DNA of 63,968 nt, filler included, from Nanobdellota archaeon (GTDB taxonomy: Archaea; Nanobdellota; Nanobdellia; B33-G15): NCBI GenBank assembly GCA_003660925.1. It is 7 parts of 7 records of this genome, joined end to end, with 100 filler letters (N's around TTAATTAATTAA, not from the genome) between each part and the next. Parts side by side here need not be neighbours in the genome. Positions count along the whole stretch, not along the records: positions 20,299 to 30,124 come from QMVD01000023.1; positions 30,225 to 39,875 come from QMVD01000024.1; 5 more parts are not named here. One strand, 5' to 3'. A program made the position numbers and the translations under genes. Of this stretch, positions 27,928-38,729 are shown piece by piece (position 1 is the first letter of the stretch; each line of letters begins with the position of its first letter). Under the pieces are notes generated by a model. The model saw only the letters and a list, made by a program, of their open reading frames with translations. It did not search any database and was not told where the DNA came from.

Positions 27928-30124
27928 GGGAAGAGATAAGCCTCAAGGACGTGTTGAAGTGGGCGAGGAAAAACCCTGAAAAATCCTCCTACATAGTCCT
28001 TGGGGTCCTCGTGTTCCTGGGCGCCTTCGTGAGGGCGGCAGACCTCCCCCACCTCTTCGACCAACTCCTGGGATTAGACCCATATGTTTTCTACAGATAC
28101 TCCACTTACATCGTGGAGCGCGGTTTCTTGCCTCAGAATGACACCATGAGATATTGGCCCTTTGGGTTCGACGTCCTGAAGGAGGGAATCCTTCACTCCT
28201 ACGTCAACGCATATCTCTACCTACTGTTGAGGCCATTTGGGGTCACCCTAATGCAAGTGTTCCAGATTTATCCGGTATTGTTCGCTTCCCTGTCCTTCAT
28301 CGTTTTCTACTTCCTCGTATACGAGATCTTCGAGGACAGGAAGGTCGCCCTCTTATCGGTAGCCTTCTTAGAATTCGTTCCAGCCTTCCTGTTCAGGACT
28401 GCTGCGGGTTTCGCTGATAAGGAGAGCATAGCTATCTTCCTCATCTTCACCACCCTCCTCTTCTTTATCAAATCCCTCAAGGAAAGGGAGAGAAAGAAGA
28501 GTTATCTTTATGCTCTCATCTCCGGTCTTGCTTTGGGGTTGGGGGGACTGAGTTGGGGAGGGATAATCTTCGCCTTCGAGAGCATCGCCGCTTTCATGTT
28601 ATTGGAGGTCTTCTTTAACAAGGTGGGAAAGAGAGAGGTCTACATCTACCTCATTTGGTTTCTCACTTGGGCTCCCTTCTTCGCTTTAGTGAGTCACAGG
28701 TACGGTGGGTTAAACTTTTACAGGAATAGTATGATCGTTCCTGTCATATATTCGTTGCTCGTCTCCGGGATGCACGTATTTTTGTGGCCAAAGGTCAAGA
28801 AATTTGTCCCTGTCAAGATGCCTGAAGGAGCGAAATCCCTACTCTTCCAAACCCTACTCCTCACATTTCTCGCCTATCTAAGTGATCCCTCCTTAGTCCA
28901 GAAAACAATAGATTGGGCCATAAATAACCTCACTCACCCGATAGGACTGAGTTACTCGAGGGTAGCCCAGTCAGTCGCGGAGAACCAACCTCCCTTCTTC
29001 TATGGCGGTAGCATAAGTTGGTGGTCAAACTTCGGCTTCTTGTTATTGCTCGCCTTCACTGGCATTTTCCTCCTATCCCTCGAGATGTTCCCAAAAAGGG
29101 ATGTTAAGCTAGCCCTCCTCCTATTCCTCTTCACGACTTCCCTTGCATTGAGTAGGTTTTCTCCAGGAAGTTCCTGGAACAACGTGTTTGACTACGTGCA
29201 AAAGATCTCCCTAGTCCTCTTCCTCTTGTACTTCCTCTACAATTATCAGAGGTGGGGAGAGGAAGAGTTGAAGGAAGTGGACAGTGTGAAGCTCTTCCTC
29301 TTCGTTTATCTGTTACTCACGATCATCGCGGGGAGAGGGGCGGTTAGGAATCTCTTCTCAGCAGCTCCTCCACTGGCGATAGTTTCCGGTTTCTTCGTGG
29401 TGAAAGGTTATGAGGAAATTTTCAAAGCCACCAAGGACAGGATCTATCCCTCCATGCTTTACCTCATAGCCATCATTTTAATCGTTCACATGGCCGTGAC
29501 GAGTTATGAGAGGGCCTCAAAGTCCTTCTGGACGAGCATAGTGGACGGGTGGCTCCCAGCCTTCCAGTGGATAAGGGAAAATACGGAACCTGATGCTGTC
29601 TTCCTTCACTGGTGGGACTATGGTTACTGGGTTCAGACCCTTGGGAATAGGACCACGGTCTTGGATGGAGGAAACTACGAGAGCCCTTATAAAATAGCCA
29701 GACACTTCTTTACTTCCGACAACATGAGCGAGATAAGGGACATCCTGGAGTATTATGGGAGACCGAACTACCTCCTGATCATAGATGATGACATCCCGAA
29801 GTTCTACCAGATTCAGAGGATTGCTGAGAGGGATGTTTGGTTTACCCCTTTCTACTTCTCTCAAAGGATGAAGAATAACTTGGATAAAGAGTATGAACGA
29901 CTCATGCTTTCGAGGCCGACCACAGGGGCAACCCCCACTTTTACCGACCTAAGTGTGAACGGGATGCTTTGGTCAAAGGATGAGACATATGTAGTGGCTG
30001 TTGGGGTGCCTGAAGAAAACAACACCCCTTTCTTCAACGAGAGCTATGTCTTCCTCTACAACACGAGATTTGGGACGCAGGTGATGAAAATAAATTGTCT
30101 GTGCATCAGGGAGAAGGGATGCGG
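27924..30124 (+). CDS. aglB: Oligosaccharyltransferase AglB/STT3, truncated
   Basis: DPY, GFADKE, SVAENQP and WWDYG motifs. Confidence 0.93.
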
Positions 30125-30224
30125 NNNNNNNNNNNNNNNNNNNNNNNNNNNNNNNNNNNNNNNNNNNNTTAATTAATTAANNNNNNNNNNNNNNNNNNNN
30201 NNNNNNNNNNNNNNNNNNNNNNNN
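30125..30224. other. Artificial contig linker
   Basis: N-run + TTAATTAATTAA + N-run. Confidence 0.99.
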
Positions 30225-31216
30225 GATATGAGGACATCTTCCATCACATCCACGGGGTGCATCACATCCATCCTATAAGTTGGTACCCTCACCTTGACGA
30301 ACCTCCTCCCCTTCTTGATCACCTCATATCCCATCCTCCTCAAGTGTCTCTCCACGTCCTTTATCTCGAAACCGCTCAACCTCTCGAGTTCGAGGAGGTC
30401 TAGGGTCACCTCCTCCTGAGATAAGTCTGGGGTGATCCTCTCCCCTCCCTTATAAAGGATCCTCACGGGATGGAGTTCTTTCCCCCATTCAAGGACGGAT
30501 AAGGAGACTATCTTCAAGACGTGCTCCACCCATTTCAAGTCCGTTCCGGTGACCTCCACCAACACATTTTTAGTCTTCGTGGTTATCCTGCCCAGGTCAT
30601 TAGAATTTATGATGGGAGGGAAGGATAGGATCTTCCTCCTGTCCCTGAGTATGGGATAACTCCCCTTGATTATGTGGCCGTACTCCACACCTTTTGGGTG
30701 CTCCCTCAAGATCTCTTTAAGGGTCATCTTCCTCTCGAAGCCCAGCGGGACGAAGGAGATGTTGGGATTTCCTAACTCGTAATACAAGGGCGGCCTTAAC
30801 AAGTCGTAGTTGTACAAACCTATGCTCGTGCGTTCCCTGTTTCTCCCTACCGTTCTGTCCAGCACCTCTTGGAGGTGCATGAGGGACCTTATCGAGCTGT
30901 CACTCAACCTCACCTTCTTTACCACGGCAGCGGCTATGTAGGGCCTTATCCCCACCCTCCTGACCCTCACTTCCAGGATGGGCTCTTCCCCGAACTTGAA
31001 CCTCTTCTTCACTCCCATCAAGTCCCTCAACCCCCTAGCGATCCCTTCCAAGGAGAAGAGATCAGGCCTGTTCGTGTCCTTGAGTTCCACTTCTATCTCA
31101 TCACCTTTCCTCCCCTTAATCTCCGCCTTCAAGTAACCCAACCAATCCTCCAAATCCTTTATCCTCCTACCTACCAATCTCTCTAAGTCTCTCCTCGAGA
31201 TGGTTATGGTTGGCAT
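30225..31216 (-). CDS. pheT: Phenylalanyl-tRNA synthetase beta subunit, truncated
   Basis: MPTI, NRPDL, SFPPIINS and RMDVMHPVDVMED. Confidence 0.95.
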
Positions 31217-32670
31217 CTCAACCACTCCAAGTCATAACTGAATAACTTTCGAATATCGTCTATCTTGTACTTCATCATGAACAACCTATCTATTCCTAGG
31301 CCCCACGCGAGCACCGGGACGTCTATGCCGAAGGGTTTCGTCACCTCTGGCCTGAATATCCCTGCTCCTCCTAGCTCCACCCAGCCGAAACCCTTCTTAT
31401 AACCCACGAGCTCCACGCTGGGCTCGGTGAACGGGAAGTAACCGGTGTCGAACCTGAATCTCTTGGTCCCGGCGATCTCCTCGGCGAACAGCTTCAACAT
31501 GCCCAACAAGTGCTTGAAGCTCAGACCTTCCCCTAAGACGATCCCCTCCACTTGGTTGAATTCTGGCAAGTGGGTCCTGTCCACCACATCTGGCCTGAAC
31601 ACCCTGGCTATCGCGAAGTACTTCCCAGGAATCTCCACATCTCCCGCCAAGGTCCTGGCTGACAGGGCAGTGTTCTGACTCCTCAAGATCAGCCTCTTGC
31701 TCTCCTTCTTGGAGAACTTGTACCCCCAACCCTTGCTTCCATCCACCCCTTTCTCGTGGGCCTTCGCCACCTTTTCCAACAACTCCTCATCCACCTTTCC
31801 GTATTTCGGGCGCTTGACGTAGTATATGTCGTGGATTCCCCTGGCAGGATGATCCTGGGGCATGAAGAGGGCATCACAGTTCCAGAAGCTCAACTCCACT
31901 AAAGGACCTTGCATCTCCTTGAAACCTAAGGCTATCAACTTCTCCCGCACTTCGTTCAAGAAGGCGAGGTAGGGTTGAGGTTTGCCGAAAGGCCTTTTCG
32001 GGACTTTTGCCCTTATGTCGTAAGCCCTTATCTTCTTCCCTTTCCACAAACCCTTCCTTATCACCTCTGGGGTGATTTGCTCGATGACCTCTTCCTTCAA
32101 GCGCTTCGCTACCCTTCTGCCCAACCTCGTCAACCTCACATACCTCTTGACCACGACCTCTTTCGCTATTATCCCCCTCCTCAACAACTCTTCCATCCCT
32201 TTCCTCATCCTCTTCGGCCCTTCTTCCAATTCCTTCAGGAACTTTTCCTCGACGCTTTCCTTCCCCAAATATTTCTCCCCCTTTTCGGTTATCCTGACCC
32301 TATTTTTCTTTACTTCTATCATCCCTTTCTCCTTCAACCTCCCCATAGCCGCAGAGAACTCCCTGGCGTCCAATAAAGCATACCTCATCACGGATTTGAA
32401 ATCCAACTCCCCTTTTTGGGCCAGGACGGAAAGGAACCTTTTCTCTGGGAGTCCCTCTTCAACATATCTCTTGCCAAGCTCGGTGAGCCTCACGACTTCC
32501 TTTACCTCCCTCCTCACTCTCACCAATCCCTTGGATTCCAACCAGGAGAGAGCCCTGTTGAGCTCTATGTCCTTAATGCCCTTCTCCAACAACTCCTCAT
32601 CGCTCATCTCTCCTTTCAGAAGCCTCAACACCTTTCTCTCAAGCCCGCTCAAGGTGTCCTCAACACGCAT
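31204..32670 (-). CDS. pheS: Phenylalanyl-tRNA synthetase alpha subunit (archaeal long form)
   Basis: FMPQDHPAR, FRPD, HLPEFNQVEG, YFPFTEPS and WGLGIDR. Confidence 0.97.
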   Translation of the reverse strand: MRVEDTLSGLERKVLRLLKGEMSDEELLEKGIKDIELNRALSWLESKGLVRVRREVKEVVRLTELGKRYVEEGLPEKRFLSVLAQKGELDFKSVMRYALLDAREFSAAMGRLKEKGMIEVKKNRVRITEKGEKYLGKESVEEKFLKELEEGPKRMRKGMEELLRRGIIAKEVVVKRYVRLTRLGRRVAKRLKEEVIEQITPEVIRKGLWKGKKIRAYDIRAKVPKRPFGKPQPYLAFLNEVREKLIALGFKEMQGPLVELSFWNCDALFMPQDHPARGIHDIYYVKRPKYGKVDEELLEKVAKAHEKGVDGSKGWGYKFSKKESKRLILRSQNTALSARTLAGDVEIPGKYFAIARVFRPDVVDRTHLPEFNQVEGIVLGEGLSFKHLLGMLKLFAEEIAGTKRFRFDTGYFPFTEPSVELVGYKKGFGWVELGGAGIFRPEVTKPFGIDVPVLAWGLGIDRLFMMKYKIDDIRKLFSYDLEWLRCQP

Positions 32671-32692
32671 GAGTATGAGAAAAGGGAGGATT

Positions 32693-34084
32693 TTATAAAA
32701 ACGTTATCCTTTGGAGAAGGTATCCCTTCAACTCGTTTATCTTCACCCTCTCTTGCTTCATTGAGTCCCTTTCCCTCACAGTCACCGTATCATCCTCCAA
32801 GGTCTGATGATCTATGGTCACGCAGAAGGGAGTACCTATCTCGTCCTGCCTCCTGTATCTCCTACCTATGGAACCCTTCTCATCGTAGTAAGGGTGAAGA
32901 CAAGCAATCTCCTTCAAGACCCCCTTCGCCTTCTCTACCAATTTTCCTCTTTCCACCAAAGGGAAGACAGCCACCTTTATGGGGGCGAACTGGGGTTTCA
33001 GACCCATCACTACCCTTTCCTTCTCCTCCCTGACGGAATTCACGAGGAGAGCATACACCAACCTCTCCGAACCGAAGGCGATCTCCAGGACTTGGGGAAC
33101 CTCCCCATCCACTTCCATCCTCACGCCAGAGAACTTGGAGTGCCTGGAAAGGTCGTAGTCCGTCCTGTCGTGCACCCCACAGACCTCCACCCAGTCATCC
33201 CCTATCTTCACCTCGACATCCCACGCATCGTCGGCGTAATGGGCCCTTTCCTCTGGTTCGTGTTGCCTGAATCTATATTCCCTGAAGCCCATTTCCTTCA
33301 CGATGTCATTGGTCACGTAAAGGCACCAGGCGAAGGCAGGTTTCTTCACGTAACCCCTCTTCAAGGCCTCCTTTAAGGGGATGTTCAACACTTTCTTCTC
33401 TTTGTAGGGCATGAGGGGAAGATCGGATTCCGGGACCTCAAACTCGTACTCCTGTTCCTTCTTCAGGAACATCTGGGCCTCTATCTGGGTGAACTCCCTC
33501 ATCCTTATCACACCTTGCCTTGGGCTTATCTCATTCCTATAAGCCTTGCCCAGCTGGAACACTTTTATGGGGAGCTTCTTCCTGAAGAACTGGAATAATC
33601 TGGGGAAGAGGAGGTAAGTGGTGGTGGCGGTCTCAGGCCTCAAGTACGCCTCCTTGTCCAGGCCTATAGTCGTCTTTATCATCAAGTTATAGGGGATCAC
33701 TTCTTTCAAGAGGGAACCACACTTCGGACACTTAATCTCCTTTATCTCCTTCCTCATCTCCTCCATGCTCTTCGGTTCCTTCCCTTTTCGTTCCTTTATC
33801 AGGTGATCCGCCCTGTAAATAGAGTTACACTTCTCGCACTTGGTCATAGGGTCTACGAACCTCTCCAAGTGACCGGAGGCCTCCCAAACGATCCTCGGCA
33901 TTATGGTAGGACACTCCACCTCGTAGAAGCCGAAGTCCATGAACTTCCTCCTCAAGAAGTCCTCCACCTCGTTCTTCACCAACTTCCCCAATGGGCCGAA
34001 GTCGTAGAACCCGGCTAACCCCTTGTAGATCTCAGGAGATGGTCCCCAGATGAAACCCCTTCTCACGAGGATTTCCATGGACAC
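32693..34084 (-). CDS. glyS: Glycyl-tRNA synthetase (homodimeric type)
   Basis: YLRPETA, YRNEISPRQG, REFTQ, AHYA and GSIGRRYRRQDEIGTP. Confidence 0.97.
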   Translation of the reverse strand: MSMEILVRRGFIWGPSPEIYKGLAGFYDFGPLGKLVKNEVEDFLRRKFMDFGFYEVECPTIMPRIVWEASGHLERFVDPMTKCEKCNSIYRADHLIKERKGKEPKSMEEMRKEIKEIKCPKCGSLLKEVIPYNLMIKTTIGLDKEAYLRPETATTTYLLFPRLFQFFRKKLPIKVFQLGKAYRNEISPRQGVIRMREFTQIEAQMFLKKEQEYEFEVPESDLPLMPYKEKKVLNIPLKEALKRGYVKKPAFAWCLYVTNDIVKEMGFREYRFRQHEPEERAHYADDAWDVEVKIGDDWVEVCGVHDRTDYDLSRHSKFSGVRMEVDGEVPQVLEIAFGSERLVYALLVNSVREEKERVVMGLKPQFAPIKVAVFPLVERGKLVEKAKGVLKEIACLHPYYDEKGSIGRRYRRQDEIGTPFCVTIDHQTLEDDTVTVRERDSMKQERVKINELKGYLLQRITFL

Positions 34085-34149
34085 CTTACCTCCCTAACCA
34101 ATTAAAACTTTTCCCAAACTTTTAAATTAAAAGATGGATAAAAAATTCC

Positions 34150-35550
34150 ATGGACATAACCACCAAGAAGGCCGCTGCCATCATCGCGCGGATGATAGAT
34201 AAAAAGGTGGCAGAATTCGAGCAAAAGGTGGAAGCGCTTAGGAAAGAGTTCTCCGACAGGCTCTCAGTCATAGAGAAGGTGGTCGAGGAACTCTCCCAGA
34301 AAGGGGTTGGGGTGAAGGGAGATTTCGCGACTAGGGGAGAGCTCAAGAGCATCTCGAAGGAGATAGCTTCGAGGTATGAGGAGTTTCAGGGTTTTAAGGA
34401 CGAGATCACCAAGAGGTTCGATGGGTTGGAGAAGGAGTTTCAGGACGTCAAACAAAAAGTCTTCGACTTCTTGCAAGAGGCTAGGACCATAACGGACGAA
34501 GCCCAAAGGAACATAGAGATCCAAAAGGAGAAGAACAAGGAAGTGGATTCCTTCCTGAAAGAGTTCGTGAAGAAGACGAGGGAGACCATAGAGTTGAGCA
34601 AGAAGCTCGATAGGCAGTTAACCCTTTTCGAGGGCGAGATCAACGCGAAGGTGGAATCCCTGAGGAAGAGTGTTACCTCCTTGGAGAAGAGGGCTGCTAA
34701 GAAGAAAGACGTCAGGAAGATGCTGGGAGACCTTAAGAAGGACGTGAGCCTCCAACTCCAAAAAGCCTTCATAGAACTTGGGAAGAAAAGGGATGAAATG
34801 GAGAAAGAAATAGGTGGTTTTGAAGAGAGGCTCAACGCCTTAGAGAAGTCCATGGCTAACTACGCCCAAATCAAGGACCTGAACGAAGTGAGGAAAGAGT
34901 TAAGGTCCTTGAAGGGGGTGGAAAAGGCGAAGGAGAGCTTGGAGAAGAGGGCATCCCAACTGGAGAAGCGTATAGCGGTCTACGATTACAACGTGAGGAA
35001 CACATTAAACAATGTCAAAGCTTTTTCCAACACCATCCAATCCATGCTTTCCAGGTTGAGTAGGTTGGAAACTGACTTGTCTGGCTTGAGGTACTCCCTG
35101 GAGAGGCTCTCTTCGTTCCAAGAGGACGTGAAGAAAGACATCTTGAGCATGAGGGGGAAGCTCTCAGTTTTGGAACAGTACTTCGCAGACCCTGATAAGT
35201 GGTTGGGGGAGAAGTTCAACAAGTGGATGGAGGAAGCGAGCAGAGATATAAGGTTGAGGTTAGAGGGGTTGGAGAGGAGCTTGATGAATCAGAGGACAGA
35301 GTTGTACAACCAGATGCTCATCCTCTCCTTGACAAGAATATCCAACGCGGGAGACATGGAACACATAGTCTCGGAGACGAGGGCCTTGGAATACTTGATG
35401 AAGGGGATGAGGGAAGCTGGGACCTTGGCAGAAGAGATGAAGAACTACGTATTGGATGTACTTTCTTCTGTGAGGGACTTCTGGGAATCCAAGAATGTGA
35501 ACGTCTCGGCCTTCATAGAGAACGCCATGGAGAAACTTAAGGGGATATGA
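34150..35550 (+). CDS. Long coiled-coil protein
   Basis: Heptad-rich Glu/Lys/Leu composition over ~400 aa; no ATPase motifs. Confidence 0.8.
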   Translation: MDITTKKAAAIIARMIDKKVAEFEQKVEALRKEFSDRLSVIEKVVEELSQKGVGVKGDFATRGELKSISKEIASRYEEFQGFKDEITKRFDGLEKEFQDVKQKVFDFLQEARTITDEAQRNIEIQKEKNKEVDSFLKEFVKKTRETIELSKKLDRQLTLFEGEINAKVESLRKSVTSLEKRAAKKKDVRKMLGDLKKDVSLQLQKAFIELGKKRDEMEKEIGGFEERLNALEKSMANYAQIKDLNEVRKELRSLKGVEKAKESLEKRASQLEKRIAVYDYNVRNTLNNVKAFSNTIQSMLSRLSRLETDLSGLRYSLERLSSFQEDVKKDILSMRGKLSVLEQYFADPDKWLGEKFNKWMEEASRDIRLRLEGLERSLMNQRTELYNQMLILSLTRISNAGDMEHIVSETRALEYLMKGMREAGTLAEEMKNYVLDVLSSVRDFWESKNVNVSAFIENAMEKLKGI

Positions 35551-35900
35551 TAGAAGAACTCTTTAAGAGGATGAACTTTCTCCTCATTTCCTCCACCCTC
35601 CTTTTCTCTATTCTCCTCCTCATCGAATTGGAAAGGAATAATGAGGTGAGAGAATACGCCGAGTTCTTGGGCCTGGTCGAAGTCTTGGAGACATTGGGCT
35701 CCTTGCACAACCCTTGCGAGGTGCTTTTCGAGATGAAGAGCGAGGGAAAGTTGTACTTGTCAGAGCACGAGATCACCTTTGAGGGTAGGAGGAACATGAG
35801 TTCTCCCCTGGAAGTGGAGCTGGCCCCCGACATTTTAGACGCAGGGAAGCTCAAACTCTCATGGGATGGTGAGCGCGTGTGGATGAGCTCATATACGTGA
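35547..35900 (+). CDS. Hypothetical protein with N-terminal TM helix
   Basis: 4-nt overlap with the upstream gene; hydrophobic N-terminus. Confidence 0.7.
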   Translation: MIEELFKRMNFLLISSTLLFSILLLIELERNNEVREYAEFLGLVEVLETLGSLHNPCEVLFEMKSEGKLYLSEHEITFEGRRNMSSPLEVELAPDILDAGKLKLSWDGERVWMSSYT

Positions 35901-36040
35901 TCTTCGCCTTCATCCTCATCTCCCTGCTCCTCTCCATCTACTTTACTTCCACCCATTCCTTCTTAGAGCAACTGAGGTGGGAACACGAGTTGTACTTAGA
36001 CCTAGCTAGGAGATACAAAGGTGGTTGGGATTGGAGTTAA
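35879..36040 (+). CDS. Small single-TM protein (53 aa, not in ORF track)
   Basis: GTG start; MDELIYVIFAFILISLLLSIYF...GGWDWS*; fills the gap in the operon. Confidence 0.6.
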   Translation: MDELIYVIFAFILISLLLSIYFTSTHSFLEQLRWEHELYLDLARRYKGGWDWS

Positions 36041-36432
36041 CGATCGAGCTCCTCTTCCTCGTCATGACCCTCCTACTCCTTTCCTCCCTCCTCATCCCCT
36101 TAGAGGAGGACTTCGATTACGACAAGCCCTACTCCGATGAAGTCCTGCTTCGCTTCATGGAAGAACACGGGCACGGACTGGCGAGCTACTTGTGCGGCGG
36201 GAATTGGAACTCGGAAGAGGGGAAAGAGTTGTTGGAAAGGTTAAATAGACCCGGATATAACTACATCTTGTATGCCAGTTTGGGAGGAAGGGAAGTGAGG
36301 CTCTTCAACGAACAGGGGAGGGTCTGTCTGGAGAGAGTCTTGGTGAGCAGGTTCCACTTGAGGACCACATGCGGGGAGACTGATGTCTTGCTAGGATTCT
36401 GGAGAGGGAAGGCACCGGAGGTGTGTCCTTGA
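36025..36432 (+). CDS. Hypothetical protein with N-terminal TM helix (possibly pilin-like)
   Basis: ELTIELLFLVMTLLLL N-terminus followed by a Cys-containing extracellular part. Confidence 0.65.
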   Translation: MGLELTIELLFLVMTLLLLSSLLIPLEEDFDYDKPYSDEVLLRFMEEHGHGLASYLCGGNWNSEEGKELLERLNRPGYNYILYASLGGREVRLFNEQGRVCLERVLVSRFHLRTTCGETDVLLGFWRGKAPEVCP

Positions 36433-36563
36433 ACAAGTTAGATTACCTAGAAAAGCTCGTGAGGTCCCTCATGAAGGCCGTTGAGGCCATTGAGGTGGAG
36501 TTGGAAGAGCTCAAAGAGGAAGTGGAGAAGCTCAGGTCTAAACGAGGAAGTCCTCCACCTTGA
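36429..36563 (+). CDS. Small coiled-coil protein (44 aa, not in ORF track)
   Basis: TTG start overlapping the upstream TGA; LDYLEKLVRSLMKAVEAIEVELEELKEEVEKL. Confidence 0.55.
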   Translation: MNKLDYLEKLVRSLMKAVEAIEVELEELKEEVEKLRSKRGSPPP

Positions 36564-37584
36564 TTTTTTCCCTCCTCTTCCTGTGCTCCTTCAACATCCT
36601 TATCAAAGCCCTGCAGAGCTCCTCCTTACAATCCCCGCATACTCTCCCCCCACTCCTACACTCCTCTTCGATGAGCTTGAAATCGGAACCCACGACGAGT
36701 TGGTGGTACTTGAAGATGGGACATATTTCAGGTTTACCTCCCAACTTCCTCTGTTCCTCCAAGGTGTCCCTCCCACCCGTGAAGGCATCGTGTATCTTCT
36801 TCCTTATGGTCTCCTCATCATCCGAGAGGAAGATGGCATCCTCTTTACTGGCACTCATCTTCTCCTCTCCAGAGAGGGAAGGGAGGAACTTGCACTCTAT
36901 GCTGGCAGGCTTCCTCAAACCCAACCTCTCAGCCACATCTCTGGTCGCCCTCATGTGCGGGTCTTGATCTATGCCGATGGGAACTAAAACAGGCAGGTCC
37001 CTCTTCAGGGTCGGATATAGTATGTGGGCTGCTTGCATACAAGGGTAGAAGTGGATCCCTACGTTCTGCTCGTTCTTGAAACCGTAGATGGCTTTTATGG
37101 TGCTCATGGTAAGCTTCTTCGAGGCCTTTATGGCGAGATTGTAGACATCTTGCTTCAAATCATAACTATCTATCATGATCTCGGTCCTCTTTTTCTTGAA
37201 TCCCAAGGCCAGGATGTCCTTGGCGTTCTCGAAGGCGTATCTCCTAGCCTCCTCCAGGGAAAGATCCTTGACCAAGAACTTCTCGTCATCGCTGAAGGGT
37301 ATGAAGACATAGGAGTTGAACTTATTTTGGAACTCCTTCACCAACCTGAAGAGGAGGAGATGACCTATGTGTATCTCCTTCGATGGCCCTCTCCCACTGA
37401 CTATGGCGAAGTCCTCATCGATGATCTTGTCCAGATCCCTGTGGGCGAAGAAGAACCCTAACTCGACGAGCCTTATCCCCTTCAATTTTCTCTTCAACTT
37501 CTCATCCATCAAGGAGAGGCCGAACTCCTTGACTAACTTGAGGTAGTTCACCTCTCCCTTTACCTCGTAAGGCGTTACCTTCAT
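36538..37584 (-). CDS. trpS: Tryptophanyl-tRNA synthetase
   Basis: GRGPS..HIGH, GIDQDPH, KMSAS and AFTGG. Confidence 0.97.
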   Translation of the reverse strand: MKVTPYEVKGEVNYLKLVKEFGLSLMDEKLKRKLKGIRLVELGFFFAHRDLDKIIDEDFAIVSGRGPSKEIHIGHLLLFRLVKEFQNKFNSYVFIPFSDDEKFLVKDLSLEEARRYAFENAKDILALGFKKKRTEIMIDSYDLKQDVYNLAIKASKKLTMSTIKAIYGFKNEQNVGIHFYPCMQAAHILYPTLKRDLPVLVPIGIDQDPHMRATRDVAERLGLRKPASIECKFLPSLSGEEKMSASKEDAIFLSDDEETIRKKIHDAFTGGRDTLEEQRKLGGKPEICPIFKYHQLVVGSDFKLIEEECRSGGRVCGDCKEELCRALIRMLKEHRKRREKIKVEDFLV

Positions 37585-37595
37585 GGGGACTGAAG

Positions 37596-38729
37596 TCAAC
37601 CCAACGCTAAAAATATTGCGGACAAATGTCTTGCGAAGAAGGAGAGAGCAAATTTCAGGACCTCTCTATTGGTCATCAACCTCTTAGTCATCCCGGAATA
37701 AAAGTCCATATCTCCATATTTTTCCACGATCTCCAAGACCTCCTCTTTCTGGAACAAATCGTACAAGTTATTCAGGTCCTTCTCATCCATCCTTTCATAT
37801 AACATCCTCAGCTTGTAGGCTAGTTTGAGTTCATCGAAATACTTCTCCTTCCAGACGTCCTCGTAATGCCTCTTCAGGAAGTGCGTGGAAAAATCGTTCC
37901 TTTCATACCCCTCCCTTATAGCCTTAGCGGCGATCTTGGATACTAACAAATCCATGATTATCCCTCCCCCTGTCAGTGCCTTGACCATGCCAGCAGCGTC
38001 CCCTATGAGCAGGACCCTCTCGAAGGCCGTGTATTTAGGGAGGACCACTGGTATCCTCCCTGCCTGCCACTTCCTGACGTGTCTCACCCCTAAGAAATCC
38101 AAGAAGCGCTCTAAGGATTCCCTACTTCCTCCCATCCCAACGATGGACATATCCTTCTCGTAGGGTATGACGTATCCGAATGGATAGCCATATTCCTTCC
38201 CGAGGAACACGTGCACCGCATCGCTCTCGTACTCTCCGAATGCTTGGACCACGGATTCAATCCTGTAGGACAAACCATACTTCTTCGCCACCACCGAGTC
38301 GACTCCATCTGCCCCTATCAGGATGTCCGTCTTGAAGCTCCTCTTGCTCGTCCTGCCAATCACCTTATCCGCTACCACGAACCTCATCAACCTCTCGTTG
38401 AATAGGTAATCCGTCCCCCCTTTCTTCGCCCTCTCGTAGAGGAACTCGCTGAATCCCTCCCTATCCAAGACTATGGCCTTCCCTCTCACTTCCACTTCTC
38501 CCTTCGGGAAGTGAAGGACCAACCTGTTCACCCTGTTCTTCACGAGGGACCTCGGGAGCTCTACTAACTTCAGAATCCTCTTGCTCACGATCCCAGCGCA
38601 CGCCTTCCCCAATACATCCCTCTTCTGTTCTATGACTATGGGCTTTTCCCCCAGCTTGGTGAGCTCGTATGCTAGGGCATTTCCCGAGACGCCTGCCCCG
38701 ATTATGACGGGCCTGTAACTATCTGCCAT
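37596..38729 (-). CDS. Geranylgeranyl reductase family FAD oxidoreductase
   Basis: GAGVSG, ACAG, GADG and GDAAGMVKALTGGGI. Confidence 0.88.
   Translation of the reverse strand: MADSYRPVIIGAGVSGNALAYELTKLGEKPIVIEQKRDVLGKACAGIVSKRILKLVELPRSLVKNRVNRLVLHFPKGEVEVRGKAIVLDREGFSEFLYERAKKGGTDYLFNERLMRFVVADKVIGRTSKRSFKTDILIGADGVDSVVAKKYGLSYRIESVVQAFGEYESDAVHVFLGKEYGYPFGYVIPYEKDMSIVGMGGSRESLERFLDFLGVRHVRKWQAGRIPVVLPKYTAFERVLLIGDAAGMVKALTGGGIIMDLLVSKIAAKAIREGYERNDFSTHFLKRHYEDVWKEKYFDELKLAYKLRMLYERMDEKDLNNLYDLFQKEEVLEIVEKYGDMDFYSGMTKRLMTNREVLKFALSFFARHLSAIFLALG

Noticed and set aside
31975..33376. Long antisense ORFs (e.g. 32072-32698, 32416-33033) and similar ones across the window
   Set aside because: These are shadows of purine-rich sense genes, Ser/Phe/Leu/Pro-rich and without motifs.
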